The notes below the pieces were generated by a model. That model was not told where the DNA came from. It did no database searches and saw nothing but the letters and a program-made list of their open reading frames with translations. Positions 18,721-28,125 of a stretch of 64,000 nucleotides of DNA are shown piece by piece. The translations under genes and the position numbers were made by a program. How positions within the stretch are numbered: the stretch's first letter is position 1; the number at the start of each line of letters is the position of its first letter. Source of the stretch: an uncultured delta proteobacterium (GTDB lineage: Bacteria; Desulfobacterota; BSN033; UBA1163); assembly GCA_963827685.1 (NCBI GenBank), contig CAWHBU010000005.1, positions 160,001-224,000 of the forward strand, in the 5' to 3' direction.

Positions 18721-20304
18721 TCAAACCCCTTTCCAAAATTGTTTAAGGAGGGCGGTAGTGCCTTGGTTGCGTAATTCCACCAACCAAGCCAGAGATATGT
18801 AGAGTGCGACCAAAATTGCTGAAACAGTGAAGGTGCGCACCCAAAAATCTACCTTGAGCGATAACAGCCACAAGTGCGCAAAATTCGCCCCAGTGTAACT
18901 AATTGCCGCTGCTACCGAATAAACAAAAATGGGTCTCCAAATGTTACTTAAAAACTTCTTATTCTGCAAAGAACGATGAAGCACAAGGCTTCCCAGTACT
19001 GCTGTCGTTAGCTGAACAATTGACGAGGAAAGCGCAATACCCACAAAATCAAACCAGCATACTAAAATTAGGTTCAAAATCACGTGCATCACCAGGGATA
19101 TTATACTTATAATTAGAAAGGCGCGGTTTTTTGAAAGGGCAAATAGACCCCGGATTAAGTAATAATACAGACCAGCAAAGGGCAGCCCAAGAGCAAAAGC
19201 GCCCAACGCCTTAGCTGTTCGTATGGTACATTCTGCATCAAACATGCCACGTTGCAAGATGATTCTCACAAGCTCATGACGCATTAGGATGATCCACGCT
19301 GACACACCAATCAAACCAAAAGATAGAAACATAGAAATTTTGAGCAAGGCATCCGCTAATTTTGTGTATTCACCCCGGGCTACCATCGTGGTCAGCTTAG
19401 GAAAAGCTGCCCAGGATACCGCCATTACTCCTGTCATTATCGGTATAGAAAGGTTATAAGCGTAACGGAGTGCAGAAATACTCCCGTTAGATAGGTAGGA
19501 AGCAATCAGGTTATCCACATAAGGTGAAAGTACCATGAAAATCATACTCAACCACAATGGGAAAAACAATTTCAAGGCGCGTTGCATGTCTGGATCGCGT
19601 AGATTAAGCAATGGTCTATAGGTGATCCCCAAACGTCCCAAAGCTTGGTATTGTATTAACACTTGAAGAAACATACCGATCAAGACACCCGCAGCCGGAG
19701 CATAAAGACCATAAGTATGCCCAAACATTAGGGTCATAGCAATCACGGCGATTGCACCAAAAGAAAGAGAAAGAGAGGGTAATAGGAAACGATCCATTGC
19801 GTTTAATACAGCCCAGGGCACATTAGACAATCCCATTAACGGAGCTGCCAGAATTGTTATTAACAATAAACGAGCCGTCAATGCCTTGATGTCGGTAGCA
19901 AATCCGCCGGCCAACAAATGCACTGCCAGAGAAGCACCCAGCATAACTAAAACCGAAAGCGTTCCACTGACAAGCAATATGAGGGTCGAAGCATTATTGA
20001 CCAGCCGTGCCACACCAGGCTGATCTTTGCGCTGAAGGAGATCAACCACAGGAGGCATGAGAGCCGAATAAACTGAAGTGCTGGCCACTAGACAATCAAG
20101 TTGCATCGGGGCTTGCATTGCCACAAACAGTGCATCAGTTTGAGATGAAGTGCCATAAAAGGATGCAATGACAATCTCGCGCAAGAATGAAAATACTTTC
20201 GAAGCGAACAACCCAACCCCCATTGCCAGGGTGCTGGTTGTAAAAGCATGGATACCTGTGCCGTCTGTTGGAGGGATTGTAGTTTCCTTAGTATTCAATT
20301 CCAC
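18721..20304 (-). CDS. MurJ/MviN-like MOP flippase inside polysaccharide locus
   Basis: SKVFSFLREIVIASFYG, QRGMFD, many TM segments; paralogous to murJ at 29340. Confidence 0.85.
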   Translation of the reverse strand: MELNTKETTIPPTDGTGIHAFTTSTLAMGVGLFASKVFSFLREIVIASFYGTSSQTDALFVAMQAPMQLDCLVASTSVYSALMPPVVDLLQRKDQPGVARLVNNASTLILLVSGTLSVLVMLGASLAVHLLAGGFATDIKALTARLLLITILAAPLMGLSNVPWAVLNAMDRFLLPSLSLSFGAIAVIAMTLMFGHTYGLYAPAAGVLIGMFLQVLIQYQALGRLGITYRPLLNLRDPDMQRALKLFFPLWLSMIFMVLSPYVDNLIASYLSNGSISALRYAYNLSIPIMTGVMAVSWAAFPKLTTMVARGEYTKLADALLKISMFLSFGLIGVSAWIILMRHELVRIILQRGMFDAECTIRTAKALGAFALGLPFAGLYYYLIRGLFALSKNRAFLIISIISLVMHVILNLILVCWFDFVGIALSSSIVQLTTAVLGSLVLHRSLQNKKFLSNIWRPIFVYSVAAAISYTGANFAHLWLLSLKVDFWVRTFTVSAILVALYISLAWLVELRNQGTTALLKQFWKGV

Positions 20305-20331
20305 ATGAGGTTAAGGATTCGAATAAATGAC

Positions 20332-21453
20332 CTACTTCTTCAGCGCAGAAGACCATGCTTGCACGTAATCCTGAACTACATCCGACCAATCGAAATAAGC
20401 CTTTACGTGATCATAAGCTGCCTCTCCCATCTTCACAGCTCTTTCCGGTTCTCGTAGTAAGGATAATATTCCCTCCGATATCGATTTCGGATTTGGCGCA
20501 GTTAGAATACCCGTGACATTGGGAACAACAGTCTCGGGTATTCCGCCTACGTAGGGGGATACAACTGCTTTACCGGCTGCCATCGCTTCGAGCAATACAA
20601 TCCCCAGTGGTTCCATACGAGCTGAGTGCACATAAAATTCGCAGCCACGCATTAATGAAGCCACTTCAGTTTGTGGGCGTTCACCCATGAAACGCACATG
20701 GTCTTGCAACCCAAGGAATTTTACCATTTCCTCTACTTTGGGACGTTCATCTCCATCTCCACAGAGCCAAAGCTCGGGAGCATTAGGAAATGCTGAAAGC
20801 ACTTGTTTATAAGCATGAACCAAATTATCTTGACCTTTTTTATATACAAATCTGCCTACATTGAGGAGATAAGGAGTTTTATTTGAATATATCGGAGCAC
20901 TGGCAATGGCCTCCACATCGACTCCATTACGCATAACACAAGCTTGTTTACCAGCAGCTCGCACAAGCTCAGCCCCTTCGTTCATCAAGTACTGGGAGCA
21001 AAATCCAACTGCTACGGAGTTTCGAAAAGCAGATCGGACCAGAAAGGGTTGATCAAGACGAATGTGAAAATCCTCCAGAATATCGCTACCACAGGCACAC
21101 ACCACTAAGGGCAACTTTGTTATTTTATGTAATAAGATTGGATAGATAACTCCTGGACCCACATAATGTTGATGTAATAAATCGGGACGCCAACTCCTTG
21201 CACGGAATATCAGTCTTAAAAAAGTTGAAAGAAACCGAAATGGGAATGAGATGAAAGGTTTCAATCTCCAATTAAAGCGCCAAACATCAATACCGTCGAT
21301 GTTGTCGAGCACCGGCAGATCAGATCTATGTCTTGAAGTTACAACAACAATCTGGTGGCCCAGACGCGAAGCCTGACGTGCGAGGTTAGAAACAGCACTG
21401 CTTATCCCATGTGCTGCTGGAAGATATTCATTGCAAAAAACTAAAACACGCAT
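20332..21453 (-). CDS. Glycosyltransferase family 4
   Basis: GRFVYKKG, EPLGIVLLEAMAAG. Confidence 0.9.
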   Translation of the reverse strand: MRVLVFCNEYLPAAHGISSAVSNLARQASRLGHQIVVVTSRHRSDLPVLDNIDGIDVWRFNWRLKPFISFPFRFLSTFLRLIFRARSWRPDLLHQHYVGPGVIYPILLHKITKLPLVVCACGSDILEDFHIRLDQPFLVRSAFRNSVAVGFCSQYLMNEGAELVRAAGKQACVMRNGVDVEAIASAPIYSNKTPYLLNVGRFVYKKGQDNLVHAYKQVLSAFPNAPELWLCGDGDERPKVEEMVKFLGLQDHVRFMGERPQTEVASLMRGCEFYVHSARMEPLGIVLLEAMAAGKAVVSPYVGGIPETVVPNVTGILTAPNPKSISEGILSLLREPERAVKMGEAAYDHVKAYFDWSDVVQDYVQAWSSALKK

Positions 21454-21484
21454 AAAATACTGAATTTCCTTTCTACCGAACCGA

Positions 21485-22975
21485 TTAGGAGTGCTCTTTC
21501 ATGAAAGATCCTTTGAATACTACTTCTGTATTAGAAATTATCTCCTTATGGAGACGTTGGGCGATCCAGACCATTACCACCAATAAACTGGTAGAAGAAG
21601 GATCGCCTATGTTATTGAAAAATAGGCTCCCAGCCAGATAGGCGGCGAACCATGCAAATACCCCTGCTACTAAGTTGTCTGACATTTTTTTGCGTACGGA
21701 CCATAAACGAAGCAAAGGTGCCAATACAAACCATAGGAAAGCTACCAAACCAAAAATGCCCATCTGCAACGCCAGGTAAAGATACATATTTTCGGTCGTT
21801 GCAAATACAGTGACGGGAGTGCCAGCCCAAGAAGTAGATACCTGGTAGCCGGCCTCTTGTTCAAACCCAGGACCGAGGCCCAAAAGAGGATTATCAACCA
21901 CGACTCTCACATAATGCACCCACACATCTATCCTGCTTATGTCAGTGTCATATTGGTCGAGCAAACGACCCGCCAATGTACCCTTGGCTATTATAGAGAG
22001 AGCAATAGGTATTATTAAAGCAAAGATAAATACAATAAAGCCTTTGCGTAGGACTAATGCTTTAGTTTTGCCACGGCTCAGTGCCAGCAAGACCAATAGC
22101 CCTACCGCAATAGCCACCCAACCAGTACGTTTGTATGAGGCCAGGCTGGCAATAATCAGGAGTCCACTAACATAAAGGTATGAAGAGTGCCATAATGAGC
22201 GTCGGTGATCGCCAATTGCCAGGCCTAAAGCTAAGTACCCAAAACAGGCAGTATATAAGGCGAAGTACAGATTGTTAATGAAAGTGCCAAAGGCAAGGAC
22301 ACGTCCGCCATAAATCCAATTAAAGCCACCTTGCCAGAGTTTCTCACTCAACCAATCTGGGTCAAACAGAAACCGAGCAAATGGCATTCGCAAAATATCT
22401 TCAATCACAGAGGGATCATTTATTATAAACTGGACTAAGCCAAGCATCGCTTGCAGCGTCATAGACAACAAGAGTATTCCCAAAACATTTCCAATACTCA
22501 ATCGGTCCTCATTGGCCTGAATGAGCCAATACAGCACAATCGGCAGTGTCCAATCAAGTAAGAACTTCAAAGTTTCCCTAACATCACCCCTGATCAAGCC
22601 TGACAAAGTGCCTAAGAAAATTAAAATCAGCAAGGGGATAAATCTACTGTAGACAATGGTAAACTGCCCTGAAATGCAGTACTTCAGAATCTGCAGGATA
22701 GCCAGTGTTAATAATATTATTTGGAAAACAGTAAAGGTAAATGTAGTACCAGGCCAATTGAAAAGATAAATCTGCCAGGGAATCAAGAATATTAAGACTT
22801 GGATAAGAGATATTCCGAGCAGTCGTAAGAAGATCAAAACCAACGCTATTATTAATATCGCGACTCTAATTCCGCTGGGTAATACGGGAATGAGTACTCC
22901 GGTTACAGCACAAACTACAAGAATAATAAGAGCGCGGTTTTTTATATCACTTTCGTATTTGTCAAAAGCAATCAT
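21485..22975 (-). CDS. O-antigen ligase/Wzy polymerase family membrane protein
   Basis: Multiple TM helices; SYKRTGW, SRIDVW...NPLLGLGPG...ENMYL. Confidence 0.8.
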   Translation of the reverse strand: MIAFDKYESDIKNRALIILVVCAVTGVLIPVLPSGIRVAILIIALVLIFLRLLGISLIQVLIFLIPWQIYLFNWPGTTFTFTVFQIILLTLAILQILKYCISGQFTIVYSRFIPLLILIFLGTLSGLIRGDVRETLKFLLDWTLPIVLYWLIQANEDRLSIGNVLGILLLSMTLQAMLGLVQFIINDPSVIEDILRMPFARFLFDPDWLSEKLWQGGFNWIYGGRVLAFGTFINNLYFALYTACFGYLALGLAIGDHRRSLWHSSYLYVSGLLIIASLASYKRTGWVAIAVGLLVLLALSRGKTKALVLRKGFIVFIFALIIPIALSIIAKGTLAGRLLDQYDTDISRIDVWVHYVRVVVDNPLLGLGPGFEQEAGYQVSTSWAGTPVTVFATTENMYLYLALQMGIFGLVAFLWFVLAPLLRLWSVRKKMSDNLVAGVFAWFAAYLAGSLFFNNIGDPSSTSLLVVMVWIAQRLHKEIISNTEVVFKGSFMKEHS

Positions 22976-24024
22976 CAGTATTTTAAACTTCTTGTCAAAA
23001 TATTAGCCTCTTCTGGATAGTTATAAGCGTCCCAAGGAAACCTTTCGCCCTTAAGCCATTTTTGCCAACGATCTAAATCCTCTTTTACCATTATTTCAAC
23101 TAACTTCTTAAATTTCACTCTTGGCTCCCAACCTAACTTCTCCTTTGCTTTAGAGTAATCACCTTGTAAAAAATCCACATCTATAATTCTGAAAAACCTC
23201 TTATCTACCTTGACATACCTTTCCCAGTCTAATCCCACAATTTTAAATGCCTCCTCCACTAACTCCCTGACGGAATGTGTTTCATTAGTTGCAATCACAA
23301 AGTCATCAGGTTCATTTTGTTGAAGTATCATCCACATAGATTCGATATACTCTGGAGCATATCCCCAATCCCTTAATGCTTCTAAGTTACCAAGTGTCAA
23401 TTCCTTCTTTATTCCTAAAACAATCTTTGCCACTGCATTTGAGATTTTTCTCGTAACAAACTCCAAGCCTCTTAGGGACGATTCATGATTAAACAGAATC
23501 CCATTGCAGGCAAAAATGTTGTAACCGGTCCTATAAATTTTTGTCATCCAAAATGCATATAATTTCGCCGCTGCATAGGGAGAGGAAGGGGTGAAAGGGA
23601 TATTTTCATTTTGTGGTGCTGTATTCCCTTTTCCATATAATTCGCTTGTTGAGGCCTGATAAAATCTTATTTTTGTATTTATCTGTCGTATTGCTTCTAA
23701 TATTCTGGTTGTACCAAGACCAGTGATTTCGCCCGATCCTACAGGTTGCTCAAAGGAGGCGCTCACAAAACTTTGAGCTGCTAAATGATATATTTCGTCA
23801 GGCAAAGATATTTCAATCGCTTCTACAATTGATGAAGAATCAATTAAATCAGCTGGAATGAGATGAACCCTATCAAAAATATCTAAATACTGTAACCGCC
23901 AGAAATTGGGAGTTGAAAGTCTCCTGTAGGTACCAAAAACCTTATACCCCTTATCTAAAAGGAATTTGGCTAAATAAGCGCCATCTTGCCCCGTGATGCC
24001 GGTGATTAATGCCTGTTTAGTCAT
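22975..24024 (-). CDS. gmd: GDP-mannose 4,6-dehydratase
   Basis: GITGQDG, LAAQSFV, QASTSE, GILFNHES, RDWG. Confidence 0.95.
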   Translation of the reverse strand: MTKQALITGITGQDGAYLAKFLLDKGYKVFGTYRRLSTPNFWRLQYLDIFDRVHLIPADLIDSSSIVEAIEISLPDEIYHLAAQSFVSASFEQPVGSGEITGLGTTRILEAIRQINTKIRFYQASTSELYGKGNTAPQNENIPFTPSSPYAAAKLYAFWMTKIYRTGYNIFACNGILFNHESSLRGLEFVTRKISNAVAKIVLGIKKELTLGNLEALRDWGYAPEYIESMWMILQQNEPDDFVIATNETHSVRELVEEAFKIVGLDWERYVKVDKRFFRIIDVDFLQGDYSKAKEKLGWEPRVKFKKLVEIMVKEDLDRWQKWLKGERFPWDAYNYPEEANILTRSLKY

Positions 24025-24050
24025 TCTGAACCCTCGAGTAATTCATTCTT

Positions 24051-24072
24051 AAAAGACAGCGAGCCGTCTTTT
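24051..24072 (-). terminator. Terminator-like hairpin in the leader of gmd
   Basis: Minus strand aaaagacggc-tc-gctgtctttt, 26 nt upstream of the gmd ATG; U-tract is short. Confidence 0.45.
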
Positions 24073-24315
24073 GTGTCATCGGGCCTAAGAGACGACAAAC
24101 GCAGACTACAAGGGAGATAATTAAAAAAATGATTTCTGATTGGAGATTGCAAAAGCTAGAAAGTCAAGGTTGGAAGGGTTAATCGGTTGCTGAGTGGCTA
24201 AGTCATTTCGTCGCCGCATCAAAGCATATTCATTAAAGAAGCTTCCGCCCTTCCGGATTTTGACTCAATCCCACAAGAGTCCGTCAGAAAATTTTGTGCC
24301 AGTTTTCTGGGCAAT

Positions 24316-24422
24316 GGGCTTTTTCTGTTTATCGAGTTTATTGGGCTTCTTGGGTTTAAAGCCTGGTAACTTCCTATTTTTAATCAATTCAACTCAAGAA
24401 ACCCAAGAAACTCAAAAAACTT
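24316..24422. repeat. Inverted arms of five phased 9-nt units, no gene inside, directly after NusG-paralogue stop
   Basis: G(T/C)T at 24318,27,36,45,54; AA(T/C) at 24382,91,400,409,418. Confidence 0.8.
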
Positions 24423-24423
24423 A

Positions 24424-24975
24424 TTATGCCGCCTTTTTAATATGCGAACGAGAGATTTGAATGGGTACCTCAACACCAATCAGATTGAGCAGAATCCTTA
24501 CCCGTCCATTATCTGAGATCTTCTTCTGAAAGATTCCGTTGAATTCTTTAAATGGACCTGAAGTAATCTGAACGACGTCGCCCTCTTTTAGTTCTTCCTC
24601 TAACTTTACAAGATTATCCTTCCCCATTCTCTCCTTAATCGCCAGGACGACTTTATCAGAAATAGGCATCGGCCCATCTCCAAAACCCAGAAGTTTACTG
24701 ACCCCCCTTGTCCACTTCACCTTATAGTAATGAAGATTAAGATCGAGTCTTGCAAAGAGGTAGCTTGGAAAGAAGGGTTTTATCGTCTGAATTACGTTTC
24801 CGTTTCGATATTGATGGTTTTGGATCAAAGGAAGGAAGGTTTCAATCTTTTGATTAAGGAGATGAGTCTCCACACGATGTTCAGCGCCTGGCTTAGTATG
24901 GACAACAAACCAATCGAGACCGTCAAATGAATTTATCGGACTGCTTTGGTCCTCTAAATTCATCTTGCCCCCCAT
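24424..24975 (-). CDS. NusG-paralogue antiterminator (RfaH/UpxY/LoaP-like)
   Basis: WFVVHTKP, PFFPSYLF NGN domain; KOW motif GDVVQITSGPF. Confidence 0.88.
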   Translation of the reverse strand: MGGKMNLEDQSSPINSFDGLDWFVVHTKPGAEHRVETHLLNQKIETFLPLIQNHQYRNGNVIQTIKPFFPSYLFARLDLNLHYYKVKWTRGVSKLLGFGDGPMPISDKVVLAIKERMGKDNLVKLEEELKEGDVVQITSGPFKEFNGIFQKKISDNGRVRILLNLIGVEVPIQISRSHIKKAA

Positions 24976-24977
24976 TT

Positions 24978-26186
24978 TTAAACAGGTTTTTCAAGATGCG
25001 ACCTGTTCTTCTCCAAATATTCCATAAAGAAGGCCATCATGATCGAAGCTAAGAGACCCACCACCCCCGCTATCATTACATTTAGTCGCTTTTTAGGTTT
25101 GATCGGAAACTCTGGGGGTATGGCAGGAACTGAAACCTGAATTGTTGTCGATTTAATCGCTGAAGAGACCTTTGTCTCCTCTCCTTTTTTGGAAAGGATC
25201 TCATAAGTGTTTCTCGCTGTGTCCACGTTTCTTGTCAGTCTGGTCTGAATAAGCTCTTGTTCTGCTAATTGCTTTTTCAATCCGCTAACCTCTTCATTGA
25301 GATTTTTGACATTCTCTTTTAATTGAAGAATTTCAGCATTGAAGGATTGGATATTTACAGCCGTATCTGCCGTTCTCGAACTTAGACCAACATAAAGAGG
25401 ATTAATTTCCTCTTTTCCAATTAGCCCTTTATCCACAGGCATAGTTCTTTCCTGCTCTTTTATCTGGGCTGTCAATTCTTTATAACGTGCCTTTTCCATC
25501 ATTAAGGAACGGTTTGAATCATCCAATTTGACTTCATATTGCACAACTTGTTTAATCTTGCCAGAAATTTGTTCTTTCAGGAGATCTACTTTATTGACCT
25601 TCTGAAATTTCTCCAATTCTTCTTCGGAAGTCTTTAGACTCATTTTGGCCTTTTCTAATTGACCCATAACAAAGGCATAGGTGTTGCTTGTTTCCTTGGA
25701 AGTGACCTCCTCGTTTCTCTCGATAAAAGTAGAGGACCATTCGTTGGCAATCTGAGCAGCTCGATCCTTCGATGTATCTTGAACCTTTAATAAGATCAGG
25801 TTGGTATTTCTCGGATACTCGATTTTGACCTGTTTCAAGATTTTCGTAACCGTGTATTCATGGCCAGGATTGGTCAGCCCCAGTTTTGTAACCACAGTTT
25901 TTGCAGTATGTTCGTTCAAAATCATTTTTGAGAATGTTTCGGCAGAAACATTCTCAAAGATCGGAGTAGATATTCGAGGGCCCTCTTTAGTAGCAAATTC
26001 TACTTGGTATTTTGGTGATGTGACCATCAGGTAGGTTTTGGCTTCATAGATCTTTGGCAATAGGAAACTGACTATTCCTGCCACAACCATACAGAGAAGT
26101 GTTCCAATGATAATCAGCCATTTCCTTTTCTTGATCACCTGAATATAATCCATTAAGTTGATTTCGTCGGGTGTAATCTCATTCAT
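24978..26186 (-). CDS. Polysaccharide chain-length determinant (Wzz/GumC family)
   Basis: DEINLMDYIQVI, N-terminal TM, coiled coil, PEFPIKPKK plus C-terminal TM; start placed at MNEITPDE. Confidence 0.85.
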   Translation of the reverse strand: MNEITPDEINLMDYIQVIKKRKWLIIIGTLLCMVVAGIVSFLLPKIYEAKTYLMVTSPKYQVEFATKEGPRISTPIFENVSAETFSKMILNEHTAKTVVTKLGLTNPGHEYTVTKILKQVKIEYPRNTNLILLKVQDTSKDRAAQIANEWSSTFIERNEEVTSKETSNTYAFVMGQLEKAKMSLKTSEEELEKFQKVNKVDLLKEQISGKIKQVVQYEVKLDDSNRSLMMEKARYKELTAQIKEQERTMPVDKGLIGKEEINPLYVGLSSRTADTAVNIQSFNAEILQLKENVKNLNEEVSGLKKQLAEQELIQTRLTRNVDTARNTYEILSKKGEETKVSSAIKSTTIQVSVPAIPPEFPIKPKKRLNVMIAGVVGLLASIMMAFFMEYLEKNRSHLEKPV

Positions 26187-26524
26187 TCTCTTTGCTCTTT
26201 GCCTCTTGAACAAAAATAACAATTAGACCAACATCTCAAGCTAAATGGGTTCCTTACCCTGTCTCTTGGACACTGCATTGGTGTTCTTAAATCGATCCAT
26301 ATATTCTTTAGAACTAAAAGGGCTTTGTTTTTTTATCAAGGATTATTCGATTTCCCCCACCCGTGGGTTCTAAAGCTTAGTATTCAAAAAACAATTAATT
26401 TTCTTTTATGTTTTTCACTTTTTTACATCTGGTGTCCGCTTCCCAAGAACAAATGTAAGCTAATTTTAGGGCTTTTTCTCAATCCGGCGGGAACCTTTGT
26501 AAGTCCCAGTCGGTCGGACACTGT

Positions 26525-26780
26525 TTAAGCTGATCCTTCGCGCTTTTTGCGTCTCTGTTTCGAGGCTCCCGATTCCTCCATATTTCCGACGACTTTCAGG
26601 ATTGCGTAGTAGACCACCTCCCAAATCTGAGTCGCTTTGGGGTTGACCGCTGCTCTCATGATGGCTCCCAACATCCTTGAAGGAGAAATGCCAGAAGGCT
26701 TGATAAATTTCTCAAATTCGCGCCATACGTGCCGACTCAGGTAGAGGGTAGGGTAATGTTGATCCGTTTATCTCGATGCC
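26525..26780 (-). pseudogene. Probable ribbon-helix-helix (CopG-like) gene disrupted by a 5-bp duplication
   Basis: Removing one copy of GGGTA (26746-55) gives DKRINITLYLSRHVWREFEKFIKPSGISPSRMLGAIMRAAV...GSA*; no in-frame start found. Confidence 0.4.
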
Positions 26781-26816
26781 AATCTTTGGCAGATGTTTTC
26801 TGCCCAGTGGAATAAA

Positions 26817-26845
26817 CCTATACACCCCCTTTCATTCTTTGTCAA
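26817..26845 (-). promoter_or_regulatory. Sigma70-like promoter pointing toward wzz
   Basis: TTGACA-17 nt-TATAGG on minus strand. Confidence 0.5.
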
Positions 26846-27025
26846 GGTTTTTTCACAGATCAGTTGAATTGGGAAGTCTCAACCTTGTTATAAAGAAAAT
26901 TGCAAGAGCAAATAGGAAGGCTTCGTAATCATTAAAGAATTTGTGGAGTGCAGTCTAAGTAGTAAAAGAGGATTTGTATCGGACAGGGCAAAGTTCGCTC
27001 CAACAGGCATTATTCGATTCTTTTA

Positions 27026-27925
27026 TTAATTCAGTGGTTGATAATAGACCACCTTCCTTCTCTCAACTGGGAATCTCAAGAAGATGTACGTCCTTGTTTT
27101 CTTCTCGTCGGCTCCAATCTTAATCGTTCCTTGGTTGCGCAGCACCACTTCCTTAACAAAACGAAGGATGAGATCCGATGCCTCTTCTTTTTGGAGCGTG
27201 GCCATTTCCAATACCGGTTCGCTCGGTCTCTGATGCCCTGGAAATACCACCGAGATCTCAACATATTTTCCATCCTTCTTGAATAAACTTTGAACCTCGC
27301 TTGCCTCCTTCTCAAGGATGAAAGATCTTGTTGACAGGCCAAGGTTCCAGTTGGGAGGCGTCAAGGCCAGGGCATATTGAAGGACAGATCCTATGATATA
27401 CTTCAACTGTTCATCAGGGACAATGGTTTCGGGAAGATCCTTTTCTAATCTTTTAAGTACCTTGATTCCCTTCTCTTCCAATTTAGCCTGGTGTTTCTTC
27501 AACACCTCCTCAATGATATTATGAATCGTGTTCACTTTTCGGATCGGCGTGTGGACCTTAATGTAATCAAGAAGACTATTCAATACCATATCCATCTTCT
27601 CAATATCCCCGGTCACCGTCCGATAATAATATTCACCGAATTCACTATCACTAAATTTTCCTCGCGAAATTTGCGTATAATTTTTAATGGAGGCGAGACT
27701 GTTCTTAATCCGTTGGATTAAATCAATAAAAAAGGAGGTCAAGAAAGGGGCGTTTTGTTCATTTGACAAAAAATCTAATTTAGACTTAATGGATTCTATC
27801 CCCTCTTCAACCGAAGAGGGGGGGGAGGGCGTTTTTTCATTTTCAATTTCGAAAAGATTCCAATCCATCTCGATCACCAAACCTTTCTTAATGGAATTAA
27901 ATCCAATTCCCAAATCCGTAATCAT
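27026..27925 (-). CDS. Degenerate histidine-kinase-like protein (HisKA/HATPase fold, catalytic motifs lost)
   Basis: DLIQRIKNSLASIK in place of xxAHEIKNPL; QLKYIIGSVLQYAL in place of the N box; no G boxes; ends IFLRFPV. Confidence 0.7.
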   Translation of the reverse strand: MITDLGIGFNSIKKGLVIEMDWNLFEIENEKTPSPPSSVEEGIESIKSKLDFLSNEQNAPFLTSFFIDLIQRIKNSLASIKNYTQISRGKFSDSEFGEYYYRTVTGDIEKMDMVLNSLLDYIKVHTPIRKVNTIHNIIEEVLKKHQAKLEEKGIKVLKRLEKDLPETIVPDEQLKYIIGSVLQYALALTPPNWNLGLSTRSFILEKEASEVQSLFKKDGKYVEISVVFPGHQRPSEPVLEMATLQKEEASDLILRFVKEVVLRNQGTIKIGADEKKTRTYIFLRFPVERRKVVYYQPLN

Positions 27926-28125
27926 TATATATAGACTTTACTAAAAACTCAATATTGAAAACATAAATGAAGGCATAAGATCTCAACATTTTTCTCTTTT
28001 CACCAACGTGATTTGACACTTATTAACACGATTTTACATAGCTGAGAAATTTAATATTTGAGAAATATTATGAAATGGTTTTGTCAGGAAGCTTCCTCAA
28101 TAAATGAGGAGATAAAATTATGGCT

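Noticed and set aside
24242-24249. RfaH ops element
   Set aside because: GGCGGAAG differs from GGCGGTAG at a key base and no JUMPstart context is visible; mentioned only as a weak hint.
24286-24302. Sigma54 promoter (TGGCAC-N5-TTTC) on minus strand
   Set aside because: The near-invariant GC at -12 is missing.
24194-24460. 88-aa plus-strand ORF ending NSTQETQETQK
   Set aside because: It is the translation of the 9-nt repeat arms, antisense to the operon, with no recognisable domain.
26975-27020. c-di-GMP-I riboswitch-like start (ACAGGGCAAA)
   Set aside because: The GNRA stem, GACGCAAAGC segment and second stem are absent, and it points toward no downstream gene.
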